From Octopus sinensis (Eukaryota): a DNA stretch of 64,000 nucleotides. The stretch lies in contig NC_043025.1 in the NCBI RefSeq assembly GCF_006345805.1, positions 14,756,001-14,820,000 of the forward strand, in the 5' to 3' direction. The first letter of the stretch is position 1, and each line of letters begins with the position of its first letter. Below the pieces are notes generated by a model. The model made no database searches and was not told the DNA's origin. It saw only the letters and a program-made list of their open reading frames with translations. Positions 12,846 to 25,618 of the stretch are shown in pieces. A program made the position numbers and the translations under genes.

Positions 12846-13700
12846 ATACACACACATCTTTGTGTCTATTTGCTTGACAACTGGTTTTGGTTTTACATCC
12901 CCCCCATCACCAATGCTGAGTCCAGCAAAGAGTGATGTTAGAAGAAGTATTTAAAACATAAGTACTGGGGCTGATTTGTTCAACCAAAGCCCTTGTTTGA
13001 AGCGGTGCCCTAGCATGGCCGCAGTCCAGTGACTGGAAGTAAAAGGTAAATCTGACCAGAGTAATTAGTTTCCTCATATCTGATGATTGAATATTGATGA
13101 TGAATAAGAAGCACTTGGCGAAGTGGTTGATGTTAGGAAAGGCATCCAACCATGGAAAGCCTGCCAAAGGAAGCCATCAGATCCCGTCAAATTGTCCAGC
13201 CCATTCCAGCTTAAAAGATGGACATTAAAATGATCATTTGTGTAATAAGTGTTTGGTGGTGGTTTACTTTTTCTTCACTTTTTAATTGTTTCAGTTATTG
13301 GTCTGTGGCCATGGTGGAGCACGGCCTCAAAGTTTTTCAGTAAAAACAAATTAACTTCAAATACTTTGTGGTTTTATGCCTGGTACTTAGTCAACTGGTT
13401 TCTTTCGCCTAACCACTAAGTCGTGGGATGTAAACAAACCAACACTAGTTGTCAAGCAATGGTAGTGGACAAACACACATAAAATACATTTATAATTATA
13501 TATATATATGTATATGTATATGTATGTATGTATATATATATATGTATATATGTGTTGGTCTTAAAAGGCAGTATATAATTATAGAATTAAAGGTTATGCT
13601 TCTGCTACTTCAGAGTAATCCTTGTTTTTAATATTGCCAATATTTATGTATATACATACATATAATTAAATATGTATACATACTTATAAACTTTATATAT

Positions 13701-13884
13701 AGGAGTGGCTGTGTGGTAAGCAGCTTGCTAACCAACCACATGGTTCCGGGTTCAGTCCCACTGCGTGGCACCTTGGGCAAGTGTCTTCTACTATAGCCTC
13801 GGGCCAACCAAAGCCTTGTGAGTGGATTTGGTAGATGCAAACTGTAAGAAGCCTGTCGTATATATGTATGTATATGTATATATA

Positions 13885-13917
<33 letters not shown>

Positions 13918-14166
13918 CGTATATATATGTATGTATGTATGTGTGTGAGTGTATATGTTTGTGTGTGTGTTTGTCCCCCTAGCATTGCTTGACAACCGAT
14001 GCTGGTGTGTTTATGTCCCCGTCACTTAGCAGTTCGGCAAAAGAGACCAATAGAATAAGTACTGGGCTTACAAAGAATAAGTCCCGGGGTCGATTTGCTT
14101 GATTAAAGGCGGTGCTCCAGCATAGCCGCAGTCAAATGACTGAAATAAGTAAAAGAGTAAAAGGAG
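13701..14166 (+). mobile_element. SINE family A copy
   Basis: Collinear with 8989-9390. Confidence 0.85.
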
Positions 14167-14580
14167 TAATAGTAACAATAATAATAAATTAGGAGCTTTT
14201 CTATGCATTTTCAAAACATTTCCGTAAATGAACTGAAAGGACATCTGTATTACATTTGTATGTTTATTTTGCAAGATTCTTGATGTGAAATTGCGTGTTG
14301 AAACAGTTATTGTTACGTTATGGGATGGTCATTTTATTTATTTATTGTTTTTTGTCAAGTGACATGGAAGCACTCTACACTCCTGCTTCACCTTGACATT
14401 AATATTATTCTTATTTTAAGGCCCTTTGTCTGAAATCCTTTGTCACACATCCTGTGACCTCTAAGGAGACTAAAGAACAATGGCAAAGCTGAAGTGGAGG
14501 ACAAGTGTATATTGTGTGTTTATTTGGCAGAAAATAAACAAAAACATCCAGAAATATAACAATATATTATTATAAATATA

Positions 14581-14968
14581 CTCTTTTACTTGTTTCAGTC
14601 ATTTGACTGCGGCCATGCTGGAGCACCGCCTTTAATCAAGCAACTCGACCCCGGGACTTATTCTTTTGTAAGCTCAGTACTTATTCTATCGGTTTCTTTT
14701 GCCAAACCGCTAAGTTACGTGGACATAAACACACCAGCATCAGTTGTTAAGCAATGCTAGGGGGGGGGAAAACACAGACACACATACGCATATATATACA
14801 TACATATATACGACGGGCTTCTTTCTGTTTCCGTCTACCATATCCACTCACAAGGCTTTGGTCGGCCCTAGGCTATAGTAGAAGACACTTGCCCAAGGTG
14901 CCACGCAGTGGGACTGAACCCGGAACCATGTGGCTGGTAAACAAGCTACTTACCACACAGCCACTCCT
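14581..14968 (-). mobile_element. SINE family A copy
   Basis: Reverse complement of 8989-9390. Confidence 0.85.
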
Positions 14969-14994
14969 CCATATATGCGAATGGATAATGGTAT

Positions 14995-16100
14995 GCTTGC
15001 ACTTTGTGACTCAGAGAAGAAAGATGCATGGAAGTGTCACTATGAAGGGTCACTAAATGTGGAGAATGAATGGGAGAAGGAGAGTCTAGCAAATATCAAA
15101 CCAATGGAGGGACCGGCCATTAGAGTTGATAGCGGCATAGTAGATAAGGCAGTTTAAGGAGATGAAGACAGGGAAAGCCCCTGGGCCATGAGGGATCACT
15201 GCCAAGATGATTAAAATTTCTGGTGTGTAGGATACAGCTTAGTTACCCATATAATTAATCATATCATTCAATGAGTGGGGTAGTAGTATTATAGTTATAG
15301 GGTAAAGGTGATGCCTTAGATGGAAACAAGTACAGAGGCATTAAACTGTAAGACCAAGTCTTGAAAGTTATTGAGAAGGTTATAAATCAATTGATTGGGA
15401 ATAGAATTAAACTAGATGAAATGCAGTTGGGTTTTGTGCTTGGGAAGAGTACCACAGGTGCCATCTTCCTAGTGAGACAGCTGCAGGAAAAGTACTTGGC
15501 CAAAAATAAGCCATTGGACTTAGCCTTCATTGATCTAGTGAAAGCTTTTGACAGGGTCCCCTGTTCTGTTATCTGGTGGTCTCTAAGGAAATTAGGAGTA
15601 GAGGATTGGCTTGTTAGAGCTGTACAAGCTATGTACAGTGGTGCTGTCAGTAAGGTGAGAGTCAGCCATGAATATATGATGAATTTAGCATTCAGTTAGA
15701 GGTTCGCCAAGGTTCAGTCTTCAGCCCACTCTTATTCATTATAGTCCTCCAGCCCATAATAGAATTCAAAACTGGATTCCCATGGGAAGAAGTTTATGCT
15801 GACGACCTCACTCTTATTGCAGAATTGGAGAAGAAATTCCAGGTATGGAAACTAAACCTGGAATCAAAAGGCCTTAAAATTAACCAAAGACCAAAGTTGT
15901 TAGCAAAAAAGAATATAAAACTTTCTTCCCATCAGGTAAATGGTCCTTCTCATTGTGTATGAAAGGAGTTGGAAGAAATTCCATTCACTGCTGCCAGTGG
16001 ACGCATAAGAGGGGCAGTGGAATCCCAGGTAGATTAAAAGATAAAATCGTCTTCGTATGTGTCAGATGTGCAGGAACAATAAGCACTAAGAGTGCATGGT
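14995..16100 (+). mobile_element. RTE-clade LINE reverse-transcriptase fragment
   Basis: QLGFVLGKSTTGAIFLVRQLQEKY..LAFIDLVKAFDRVP..QGSVFSPLLF..YADDL, with frameshifts. Confidence 0.9.
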
Positions 16101-16109
16101 ACCACATAA

Positions 16110-16555
16110 AAAAGCATCCAGTTCACACTATAAAATGGTTGGTGTTAGGAAGGGCATCCAGATGTAAAAACTGACCTCACCTGTGCTGGTTGCCACATGA
16201 AAAGCATTCAGTCCACTCTGCTGGCTGGTTGGTGTTGTGAAGGGCATCCAGCTGTAAAAACCTTGCCAAAACTGACCTCACCTGTGCTGGTTGCCACATG
16301 AAAAGCATTCAGTCCACTCTACTGGCTGGTTGGTGTTGTGAAGGGCATCCAGCTGTAAAAACCTTGCCAAAACTGACCTCACCTGTGCTTGTGCCACATA
16401 AAAAGCATTCAGTCCACTCTTCTGGGTGGTTGGTGTTACTAAGGGCATCCAGTCATAAAAACCGTGCCAAGAGAGACAGAAGTCTGGTGCAGGCTCCTCT
16501 CAAACCATCCAACTCATGCCAGCATGGAAGGCAAATGTTGAACAACGATGACTCT
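16110..16555 (+). mobile_element. RTE 3'-UTR-like repeat with ~100-bp internal tandem repeats
   Basis: gttggtgtt..aagggcatccagctgtaaaaac unit repeated about 4 times, ending in ccagcatgga...gatga. Confidence 0.7.
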
Positions 16556-16574
16556 ATACATGATTATGCGCACA

Positions 16575-16940
16575 CTGAGCCATTGGACTTAGCCTTTGCT
16601 GACCTGGAGAAAGCTTTTGACAGAGCCCCCTGTTCTGTTATGTGGTGGTCTCTAAGGAAGTTAAGAGTATAGGATTGGCTTGTTAGAGCTGTACAAGCCA
16701 TGTAGAGTGGTGCTGTCAGTAAGGTGAGAGTCAGCCATGAACACAGTGATGAATTTAGTGTACAGGTAGGGGTTTGCCAAGGTTCAGTTCTCAGCCCACT
16801 CTTATTCATTATGGTACTCCAGGCCATAACAGAAGAATACAAAACTGGATTCCCATGGGAACTAGTTTATGCTGATGACCTGACTCTTATTGCAGAATTG
16901 GAGAAGAAATTCCAGGTATGGAAACTAAACCTGGAATCAA
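16575..16940 (+). mobile_element. Second copy of the RTE RT fragment
   Basis: LAFADLEKAFDRAP..QGSVLSPLLF..YADDLTLIAELEKKFQVWKLNLES, collinear with ~15510-15865. Confidence 0.85.
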
Positions 16941-18308
16941 TTTCTGTCTACTTTAATCCGGGGCTAGAATAGAAAACATTTGTCCATGGTGCTCTGCAGT
17001 GGGACTGAACCCAAGACCACATGATTGGAGAGCAAGCTTTTTAACCACACAGCCTCGCCTGAGCCTTTGAATAAAATAAACTAAAATAAAGAAATTTGTT
17101 TTTAATGAAAAATAAAAAAATATCGGGGAAGCCTCGGGTTATGCCATGCTAACGATTCCAATTTCTTTTGCATTTTTGGTACCGTCTTGAGTTCCAGAAA
17201 TTCTTGGTCTGGTTAACTTGTAGAGTATAAGGGACCAAAATCTTTGAATACTTTACATGCTACAAACTTTAACATCTTTATAATACGTACATAAGAGAAC
17301 CTTCCGAACGTGGCCATTGCCAGCACCGCATCAACTGGCCTCCGTGCTGGTTGCACGTAACAAACAGCATCCGATTGTGACTGTGCCAGCCTCGCCTGAC
17401 CTCCGTGCCGGTGGCACGTAAAAAACACTATCCGACCGTGGCCGTTTGCCAGCCTCGTCTGGCACCTGTGTCAGTGGCACATAAAAAGCACCCACTACAC
17501 TCACGGAGTGGTTGGCGTTAGGAAAGGCATCCAGCTGTAGAAACACTGCCAGATCTGACTGGCCTGGTGCAGCCTTCGAGCTTCCCAGACTCCAGTTGAA
17601 CCGTCCAACCGATGCTAGCATGGAAAGCAATGATGATGATGATGAAAGGAAGAGGAAATATTAAATGTGCTAACTAGCGGTGCTGGTGTGGTAAGAAGCT
17701 TGCTTCCCAACCACATGGTTCTGGGTTCAATCCTGCTGCATGGCATCATGGGCAAGTGTTTTCTACTACAGCCTTGGTCTGCCCAGAACCTTGTCAGTGG
17801 GATTTCATCATCATCATCGTTTAACGTCCGCTTTCCGTGCTGGCATGGGTTGGACGGTTCAACTGGGGTCTGGGAAGCCAGAAGGCTGCACCAGGCCCAG
17901 TCTGATCTGGCAATGTTTCTACAGCTGGATGCCCTTCCTAACGCCAGGATGCCCTTCCTAACGCCAGGATGCCCTTCCTAACGCCAGGATGCCCTTCCTT
18001 AACGCCATTTCATAGATGTAAACTGAAAGAAGCCTGTTGTATATGTATTTATATGCATGTGTGTGTGTGCTTGTCAACCAGTGTTGATGTGTGTGCTTGT
18101 CAACCAGTGTTGATGTGTGTGTCTCTGTTACCTGGCAGTTCAGCAAAGGAGATTGACAGAATTAAATACCAGGCTTAGAAAAAGAAATATGTACTGGGGT
18201 TGATTCGACTAAAACTTCAAGGTGGTGCCCCAGCATGGCCACAATCTACTGGCAGAAACAAGTAAAAGATAAAACTGTGTACACCGCCTTCTTTCCTTTT
18301 TGCTCCAG

Positions 18309-18362
18309 ATTTCAAACTTAATCTTGAAGAGATTGTCTCCCTTAACACAGATGGCCACCAAG
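18309..18362 (+). CDS. Candidate 54-bp symmetric (phase 1-1) exon, DFKLNLEEIVSLNTDGHQ
   Basis: Acceptor ccttctttcctttttgctccag|AT, donor AAG|gtgcac, open frame. Could be a chance match. Confidence 0.3.
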
Positions 18363-18484
18363 GTGCACACATTTAAAATATCTCTTGTTTCAGTCAGCAG
18401 ACTGCGGCCATGCTGGAGCACCATCCTGAAGAATTTTCAGTTGTATGGTGGATAAACTTGCACCCAAACACATATATTTCCATT

Positions 18485-18716
18485 GTTAGTTGTTAGTTGT
18501 CGGAGCACTGCATCCTTCAAAACTTCCACGCTTCCTGAGATTCACCAACACTACACCTGATTTTCTCCCCTCCATACACACGCTGAAGCATGGAACAGAC
18601 TCATACACTGTTCCCTTTCCAGACATTTGTACATTACTACATATACTTTATACACACTTTTTGACAAGTTGTGGTGCACCTGAGCACTGTAGACAATAAT
18701 TTCATTATTATTATTA
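18485..18716 (+). mobile_element. 5'-truncated CR1-group LINE 3' end (same family as 973-2195)
   Basis: Reverse complement of the 973-2195 unit, ending in cattattattatt. Confidence 0.75.
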
Positions 18717-20794
18717 AAATGATTACTGTAAGTGGCTTAATAAGGATTAAACACACTCTGCCTTGGAATTTCAATAATTTGTACCTATAACTATTCAATA
18801 AAATCATGTTTTTCACTCTTCTTTGTTTAATTTCCACCCTGTAAACACAATTCTGTACTCAGGGTACAGAATGATTAGATTTTAAGTGGATTAATAAATA
18901 CCTGCTTTAGAAATGTATTAAGTGTTACCTGTTCAATGCAATTTTGTTTTTACTTTTCATGTGGCTTCCAAGTCATGTAGTTCTGGGTTCAGTCCCACTA
19001 TATGGCACCTTGGGCAAGTGTCTTCTACCATAGCCCCAGTCTTACGAGATTTGATAGGTGGAAACTGAAAGAAGCCCATCACACACACATCTCTGTGTCT
19101 TGTGTTTGTCCTTCATCATCACTTTGATTTATTTATAGCCACATAGCCTAGCCGCCGGGAACTTCGGTTCCTGGTAGGGCCACAACCCGTCAGACGTGTC
19201 TGCTTCGGCAACCAGTGGCTCCTGGTCATTCTGTCCCTGCGTCTACTGACAATCTGTGGCAAACAGGATGTCTCCACATGCGGGATTGTTGGGGACTGCT
19301 TGTGAAATCCACATATTCCCACGAAACTTCTTCCATGAGTAAAAGAAGCCAACTCAACCTGCCCAGGGTGAATGTTGCCACAAGTACAAGTAAGTACATA
19401 GCTTAGCGGTTCAGCAAAATAGACCGATAGAATAAGTACTAGGCTTATAAAAAAAAAAAGGCAATACAGGGGTCAATGTGTTCGGCCAAAAACCCTTCAA
19501 AGATGGCTGCGTCTAACAACTGGAACAAGTAAAACAAAGAAGACATACTTAGGCTGTCTCAAGAAAACTGGAAAATCCAGAAACGAGGACCAATTCTCAT
19601 CCTAAGCTTACTTGTACTTGTGGCGACATTCACCCTGGGTGGGTTGAGTCGGCTTCTTCTACCATGGAAGAAGTTTCGTGGGAATATGTGGTTTCACATG
19701 TGGTCCCAAAGAATCCTGCATGTAGAGACATCCTGTTTGCCACAGATTGTCCGCAGACGCAGGGACAGAACGACCGAGGAGCTGCCAGTTGCCGAAACAG
19801 ACACTCCAAGGATTTTCTCCAGAGCCCCGTCTGCCGGGTTGTGGCCCTAATACTACTCGGTTGTCAGACCAATCCGCCTTGGGTGGCCCTACCAGGAACT
19901 GAAGTTCCCAACGGCATAGCTCTGACACTACCCAATGCCAGCGTCCCCCACCACTGATATTTGTCCTGGTATTAAGAAAATTATGAAGAAACAAAGATGG
20001 AAAGAAGTGAGAGGAATGATGAACAGTAAAGGTTATGCTCTAAAAAAAATGGAAAGAAGTGTGTGTGTGTGTGTGGGGGGGTTACACCAAAAGGCAGTTT
20101 TAAACCCCACCCCCACCAGAAAAAATGTATGAATCATTAAAATTCTTCCAACTTTGAAGAACGTTGGTCAAAGAAATTGATTCCAGAACTTATTTTGTTT
20201 TCTTAAGCCCTGTACTTATTTTATCTGTCCCTCTGCCAAACTGCTAAGTTGTGAGGATGTAAACAGACCAACACCGGTTGTCAAGTGGTGGTGGCATCAA
20301 ACAGATGCAAAGACAACACACACAGACACATGCATATACATGAGAAGCTTCTTTCAGTTTCCGTCTACCAAATCCACTCACAAAGCTTTGGCTGGCCTGA
20401 AGCTATAGCAGAAGACACTTGCCGAAGGAGCCATGAAGTAGGACTGAACCCAGAACAATGAGGTTGGGAAGCAAACTGCTTAACCACACAGCCACGCCCA
20501 ATTTTATCATAAAGAGAAAGTACATTTAATATCGATCTGTGAAGCCCCAGGAAGTGTTTTAAAGATCACATGCATATGGAAACTGACTTGAAATGTTATG
20601 AACAGCAGCCAACAAATGGAAATCCCTTGGGACGCCCTCAAACGAGCAAATGGAGAATGCTGTAGCACAAGGTTTGGTCCTTTTTGTGTGTGCCTTAGAC
20701 TGTGTGTGTAGTTTAAGGTAGACACGACTGCTATTTCTTGGTGGGGTCGCAATGGCCCAGTGGACTCACGGTTTCGATTCCCAGATCAGGCGTT

Positions 20795-21168
20795 ACTCTT
20801 TTACTTGTTTCAGTCATTTGACTGCAGCCATGCTGGAGCACCGCCTTGTAGTCGAGCAAATCGACCCCGGGACTTATTCTTTGTAAGCCCAGTACTTATT
20901 CTATCGGTCTCTTTTGCCGAACCGCTAAGTGACGGGGACGTAAACACACCAGCATTGGTTGTCAAGGAATGCTAGGGGGACAAACACACACACACATACA
21001 TATATATGACAGGCTTCTTTCAGTTTCCGTCTACCAAATCCACTCACAAGGCATTGGTCGGCCCGGGGCTATAGCAGAAGACACTTGCCCAAGATGCCAC
21101 GCAGTGGGACTGAACCCGGAACCATGTGGTTGGTTAGCAAGCTTCTTACCACACAGCCACTCCTGCGC
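20795..21168 (-). mobile_element. SINE family A copy
   Basis: Reverse complement of 8989-9390; a more diverged copy lies at ~20205-20497. Confidence 0.85.
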
Positions 21169-21739
21169 CTATTGTGAGGCGTTGTGAGTGTTTATTGAAC
21201 GAAAATACCCAAAGCTCCGTGACGCTCCGGCAGGGCATGGTGGAAAACCCTGTTGTAATCATTCTCCACAATTTCCTCTCACTCTTTCTTCCTGTTTTTG
21301 CTGTACCTGTATTTCAAAGGGCCAACCTCGCCACACACTGTGTCATGCTGAACCTCCCCAAGAACAATGTTAAAGGTACGCGTGTCTGTGGTGTACTCAG
21401 CCACTTGCACACGTTAATTTCACGAGCAGCATGCTGTTTCGTTGATCAGATCAACTGGAACCCTCGTCGTCGCAACCGACGGAGTGCCATGAATATATTC
21501 ATTTACTCGTTCCAGTCTTTTGGTCGCGGCCATGCTGGAGCACCACCTTTAGTTGAACAAATCAACCCCAGGATTTATTCTTTGCAAACCTAATACTTAT
21601 TCTGTTGGTCTCTGCCGACCCCGAAAGGATGAAAGGCAAAGTCGACCCCTTAAAAATATAAAGGAGGGGGAGAGGAAGGGAGGGAATGCCTCGCTGCACA
21701 AAGATAACCATCGGGGATTATCTCCCTTCGCTATTGCAT

Positions 21740-22030
21740 AGCGACTTCCGGTTGTGCCACCGTCTTCTAAAAAATAAATATAAAAACCTCGATTTCAGGG
21801 AAATTAAAAGTCAAGAGAAATTGTTTGGTGGGAGGTTCATGGCCGGGATCACCTTAGTATATTAATAAAACTGATTTGGTAAGACTTGTTTACCAGTCCA
21901 TGTCAGTTTACTTCTCGTGTATACAGCACACACCGACCAACACCGGAAATGCCCGAAGTATTCTTTGACGAGTCGGGAGCAGAATCCTCTTCCTAAATAA
22001 GAGATCGAAAGTCACCGTTAAGGTGAAGCA
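21740..22030 (+). promoter_or_regulatory. Candidate promoter / non-coding first exon upstream of the 342-aa ORF
   Basis: CpG-retaining stretch with ETS-type motifs ACTTCCGG (21744) and CCGGAAAT (21943) and a possible donor AAG|GTGAAG near 22022. Confidence 0.3.
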
Positions 22031-22225
22031 CACTTGTAAATTCCTTGTGAGGTCATCCACTGTCACCATTCTCTTCGCGAAGAATCCATTTGAAGTTTAA
22101 GCTGGATGTGCTAGAAATAACAGCCAAATCTTTCCTGTGAGCAGACGAAAGATTCCTTTAAGAAAAGGATCCACTTGAGACAATCACGTTATGAATAACG
22201 ATCCTAACTTAAATGGTAATACACA

Positions 22226-23254
22226 ATGATTGCCATGGAAGCAAACGACACACATTCGTTTGGAAATTGGGATATCAATAATAATAATGATAACCCTTTC
22301 AGCATTAAAGACCAAAACTTAAATAATGGAACTGATAATAATTGGAGTGGAATAAAAAATGATAGAAGGGAAATTTCAAGAGCTTCAGCAAAAAAACGTC
22401 AGAGGAGAAATAGAATGAGTGAAACTGAGAGGGCAATTGAGAGCGGAAGAAATAGGGAGTACCAAAGACGAAGAAGGGAAAAGCTTTCATTTGAAAGAAA
22501 AAATGGAATTAAGGAAGGAAAGAGATTGGATCAACAAGTGCTGAGAGAATATTCGACACAAGAAGTAAAAGAGGAAATTGGAAGTTTGCACTCTGTAGCA
22601 AGAAATTCTCAGACTCTGGAAGAAAGAACTGCCCAAAACTTACAGGATACAACAAATAATTTAAAGAACAATAATAATTTGAGAGGAATAAAAAATGATG
22701 GAAAGAAAATTTTAAAAGCCTCAGCGAGAAAACGTCAAAGGAGAAATAAAATGAATGAAAAAGAGAGAGAAATTGAGAGAGCAAGGAATCGAGAATACCA
22801 AAGAAGAAGAAGGGAAAGGCTCTCAATTCAAAGAAAGAATGGGATTAAGGAAGGAAAGGGATTGGATCAACAAGAAATAAAAGAGGAAATTAGAAGTTGG
22901 CACATTGTGGAAAGAAATTCTCAGACTCTGGAAGAACAAGTAATTATACATCAATTAAGAACTGCCCCAAACTTAAATGATACGACTAAGAATTTAAACA
23001 ATAATAATAATAATAATATAAGTGTAATTAATGAAAGAGAGAAAATTTTAAGAGCTTCATCAAGAAAACGTCAAAGAAGAAATAAAATGAATGAAAAAGA
23101 GAGAGAAATTGAGAGAGCAAGAAATCGAGAATACCAAAGAAGAAGAAGGGAAAGGCTCTCAATTCAAAGAAAGAATGGGATTAAGGAAAGAAAGGGATTG
23201 GATGACCAAGGGCTGAGAGAAAATTCGACACAAGAAATAAAAGAGGAAACTTGA
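22226..23254 (+). CDS. Unidentified 342-aa protein with three ~105-110-aa repeats, each with a basic helix (SARKRQRRNKMNEKEREIERARNREYQRRRRERLS)
   Basis: 1029-nt ORF in very A-rich DNA; indels between repeats are in multiples of 3; second ATG (22235) has a GCCATGG Kozak context. Confidence 0.6.
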   Translation: MIAMEANDTHSFGNWDINNNNDNPFSIKDQNLNNGTDNNWSGIKNDRREISRASAKKRQRRNRMSETERAIESGRNREYQRRRREKLSFERKNGIKEGKRLDQQVLREYSTQEVKEEIGSLHSVARNSQTLEERTAQNLQDTTNNLKNNNNLRGIKNDGKKILKASARKRQRRNKMNEKEREIERARNREYQRRRRERLSIQRKNGIKEGKGLDQQEIKEEIRSWHIVERNSQTLEEQVIIHQLRTAPNLNDTTKNLNNNNNNNISVINEREKILRASSRKRQRRNKMNEKEREIERARNREYQRRRRERLSIQRKNGIKERKGLDDQGLRENSTQEIKEET

Positions 23255-23449
23255 ATGTCGCAGTTTGTGGCAAGAAATTCTCAGACTCTAGATTTGTCTT
23301 GGAATTGATTTGGTAAGACTAAGCGACCGGTTTAAGAAGAGGACATGTCTAAAAGACAAGTCAAGGACAGAATGCATTCTTGAGGAGGAGACCGACTGGA
23401 TTTGTCTGGGAGGACATAAATACAGGAAGGGTTTAGTCTAGCACTGTCG

Positions 23450-23530
23450 GCCTCCTTGCCAAACCGTTTAGCTTACGGGGACATAAACACAGTTGTCAAG
23501 CGGTGATGGGGGACAAATTTATATATATGT

Positions 23531-23581
<51 letters not shown>

Positions 23582-23588
23582 TATATAT

Positions 23589-23629
<41 letters not shown>

Positions 23630-24165
23630 CACACACACATATATATATATATAGCCACACACACATATATATATATACACACACACCCACACATATATAT
23701 ACACACACACCCACACATATATATACACACACACACACACACATATATATACACACACACACATATATATATATATACACACACACACACATATATATAT
23801 ACATACACACACACATATATATATGTTTATATGTAAGGATATATGTGTGGGTGTACATAGCAACACCCCTACTATTGAAAAACAAACCCTCTCAAACCCT
23901 CTTTTTCCATTTCTTACAAGGTTCATCTAAAATATACAAAATGAGAAAAATAGTTTTAAAACACACACACCCTCTCCCCTTCACCTTCCCTCAATTCCCC
24001 TTTATATACACACACACTCTCCCCATTTCATTTACCAATAATATAAATACAGGTAAAACTCTACAAACTGACATTTCTGAGGAAACTACAGCAGTAAATA
24101 ATATGATATGTAAATAAATATATATTTTTACAACCATCCACCATTCTGAACACCTTTTTTCTTTC

Positions 24166-24204
<39 letters not shown>

Positions 24205-24389
24205 CATACACACACACACATATATATATACATACACACACACATATATATATACATACACACACACACACATATATATATACATATACACACACACATA
24301 TATATACATACACACACACACATATATATACATATACACACACACACATATATATACATATACACACACACATATATATATATACATAT

Positions 24390-24420
<31 letters not shown>

Positions 24421-24818
24421 CATACACACATATATATATATATACATACACACATATATATACATACATATATATACATACACACACACACATATATATA
24501 TATATACATACACACACACACATATATATATATATACATACACACACACACATATATATACATACACACACACACACATATATATATATACACACACACA
24601 CACACATATATATACATACACACACACACACATATATACATACACACACGCACACACATATATACATACACAACACACACATATATATACACACACACAC
24701 ACAACACATATATATACATATACACCACACACACATATATATATAATATACATACACACACACACACACACATATATATATAACATACACACACACATAT
24801 ATATATATATATACATAT

Positions 24819-24849
<31 letters not shown>

Positions 24850-25147
24850 CAACACACACATATATATATATATACATACACACATATATATACATACATA
24901 TATATATACATACACACACACACATATATATATTATACATACACACACACACATATATATATATATACATACACACCACACACACACATATATACATACA
25001 CACACACACACATATATTATATATACATACACCACACACATATATACACACACACACACACACACAATATATATACATACACACACGCACACACATATAT
25101 ACATACACACATATATATACAACACACACACACACACAATATATATA

Positions 25148-25194
<47 letters not shown>

Positions 25195-25350
25195 GAGGTC
25201 TTCTTTCGGTTTCTATCTACCAAATCCACTCACAAGCCTTTGACCAGCCCGGGGCGCTATAGTTGTAGACGCTTGCCCAAGGTGGCACGCAATGGAACTG
25301 AACCCGGAAGCATATATTGTTGGCAAGCAAGCTTCTTACCACACAGCTAC
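23450..25350 (-). mobile_element. SINE family A copy whose internal microsatellite has grown to ~1.7 kb
   Basis: SINE 3' half at 23450-23520 and 5' half at 25195-25350 flank a (TA)n/(CA)n/CATA compound tract (23520-25190) that contains ~300 bp of unique sequence (23860-24160). Confidence 0.75.
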
Positions 25351-25453
25351 GCTAATACACATTATATATCCTTTTGTCCAGTGCTTTAATCAGTCAGCCA
25401 GATCATCGCCTCTGACACACACATCTATACAAAGAGGTATATATATATATAAT

Positions 25454-25618
25454 ACTTAATAATTAGGGTTCAGCAAAGATTTGCTTTACCACATACCGAA
25501 GTTTAGAAATAGCCGGGAGTCCCTTTTTAAAGTAGAAGAAATAGCTAAGGTTTTGGCTGTTATTTCTAAACTTCGGTATGTGGTAAAGCAAATCTTTGCT
25601 GAATCCTAATTATTAAGT
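25454..25618. mobile_element. Small MITE/foldback with ~58-bp TIRs
   Basis: acttaataattagggttcagcaaagatttgctttaccacataccgaagtttagaaata ... tatttctaaacttcggtatgtggtaaagcaaatctttgctgaatcctaattattaagt. Confidence 0.8.

Noticed and set aside
23473-25229. Long ORFs (up to 376 aa) of C/V/Y/I/H/T
   Set aside because: Translations of dinucleotide microsatellite in all frames; not protein-like.
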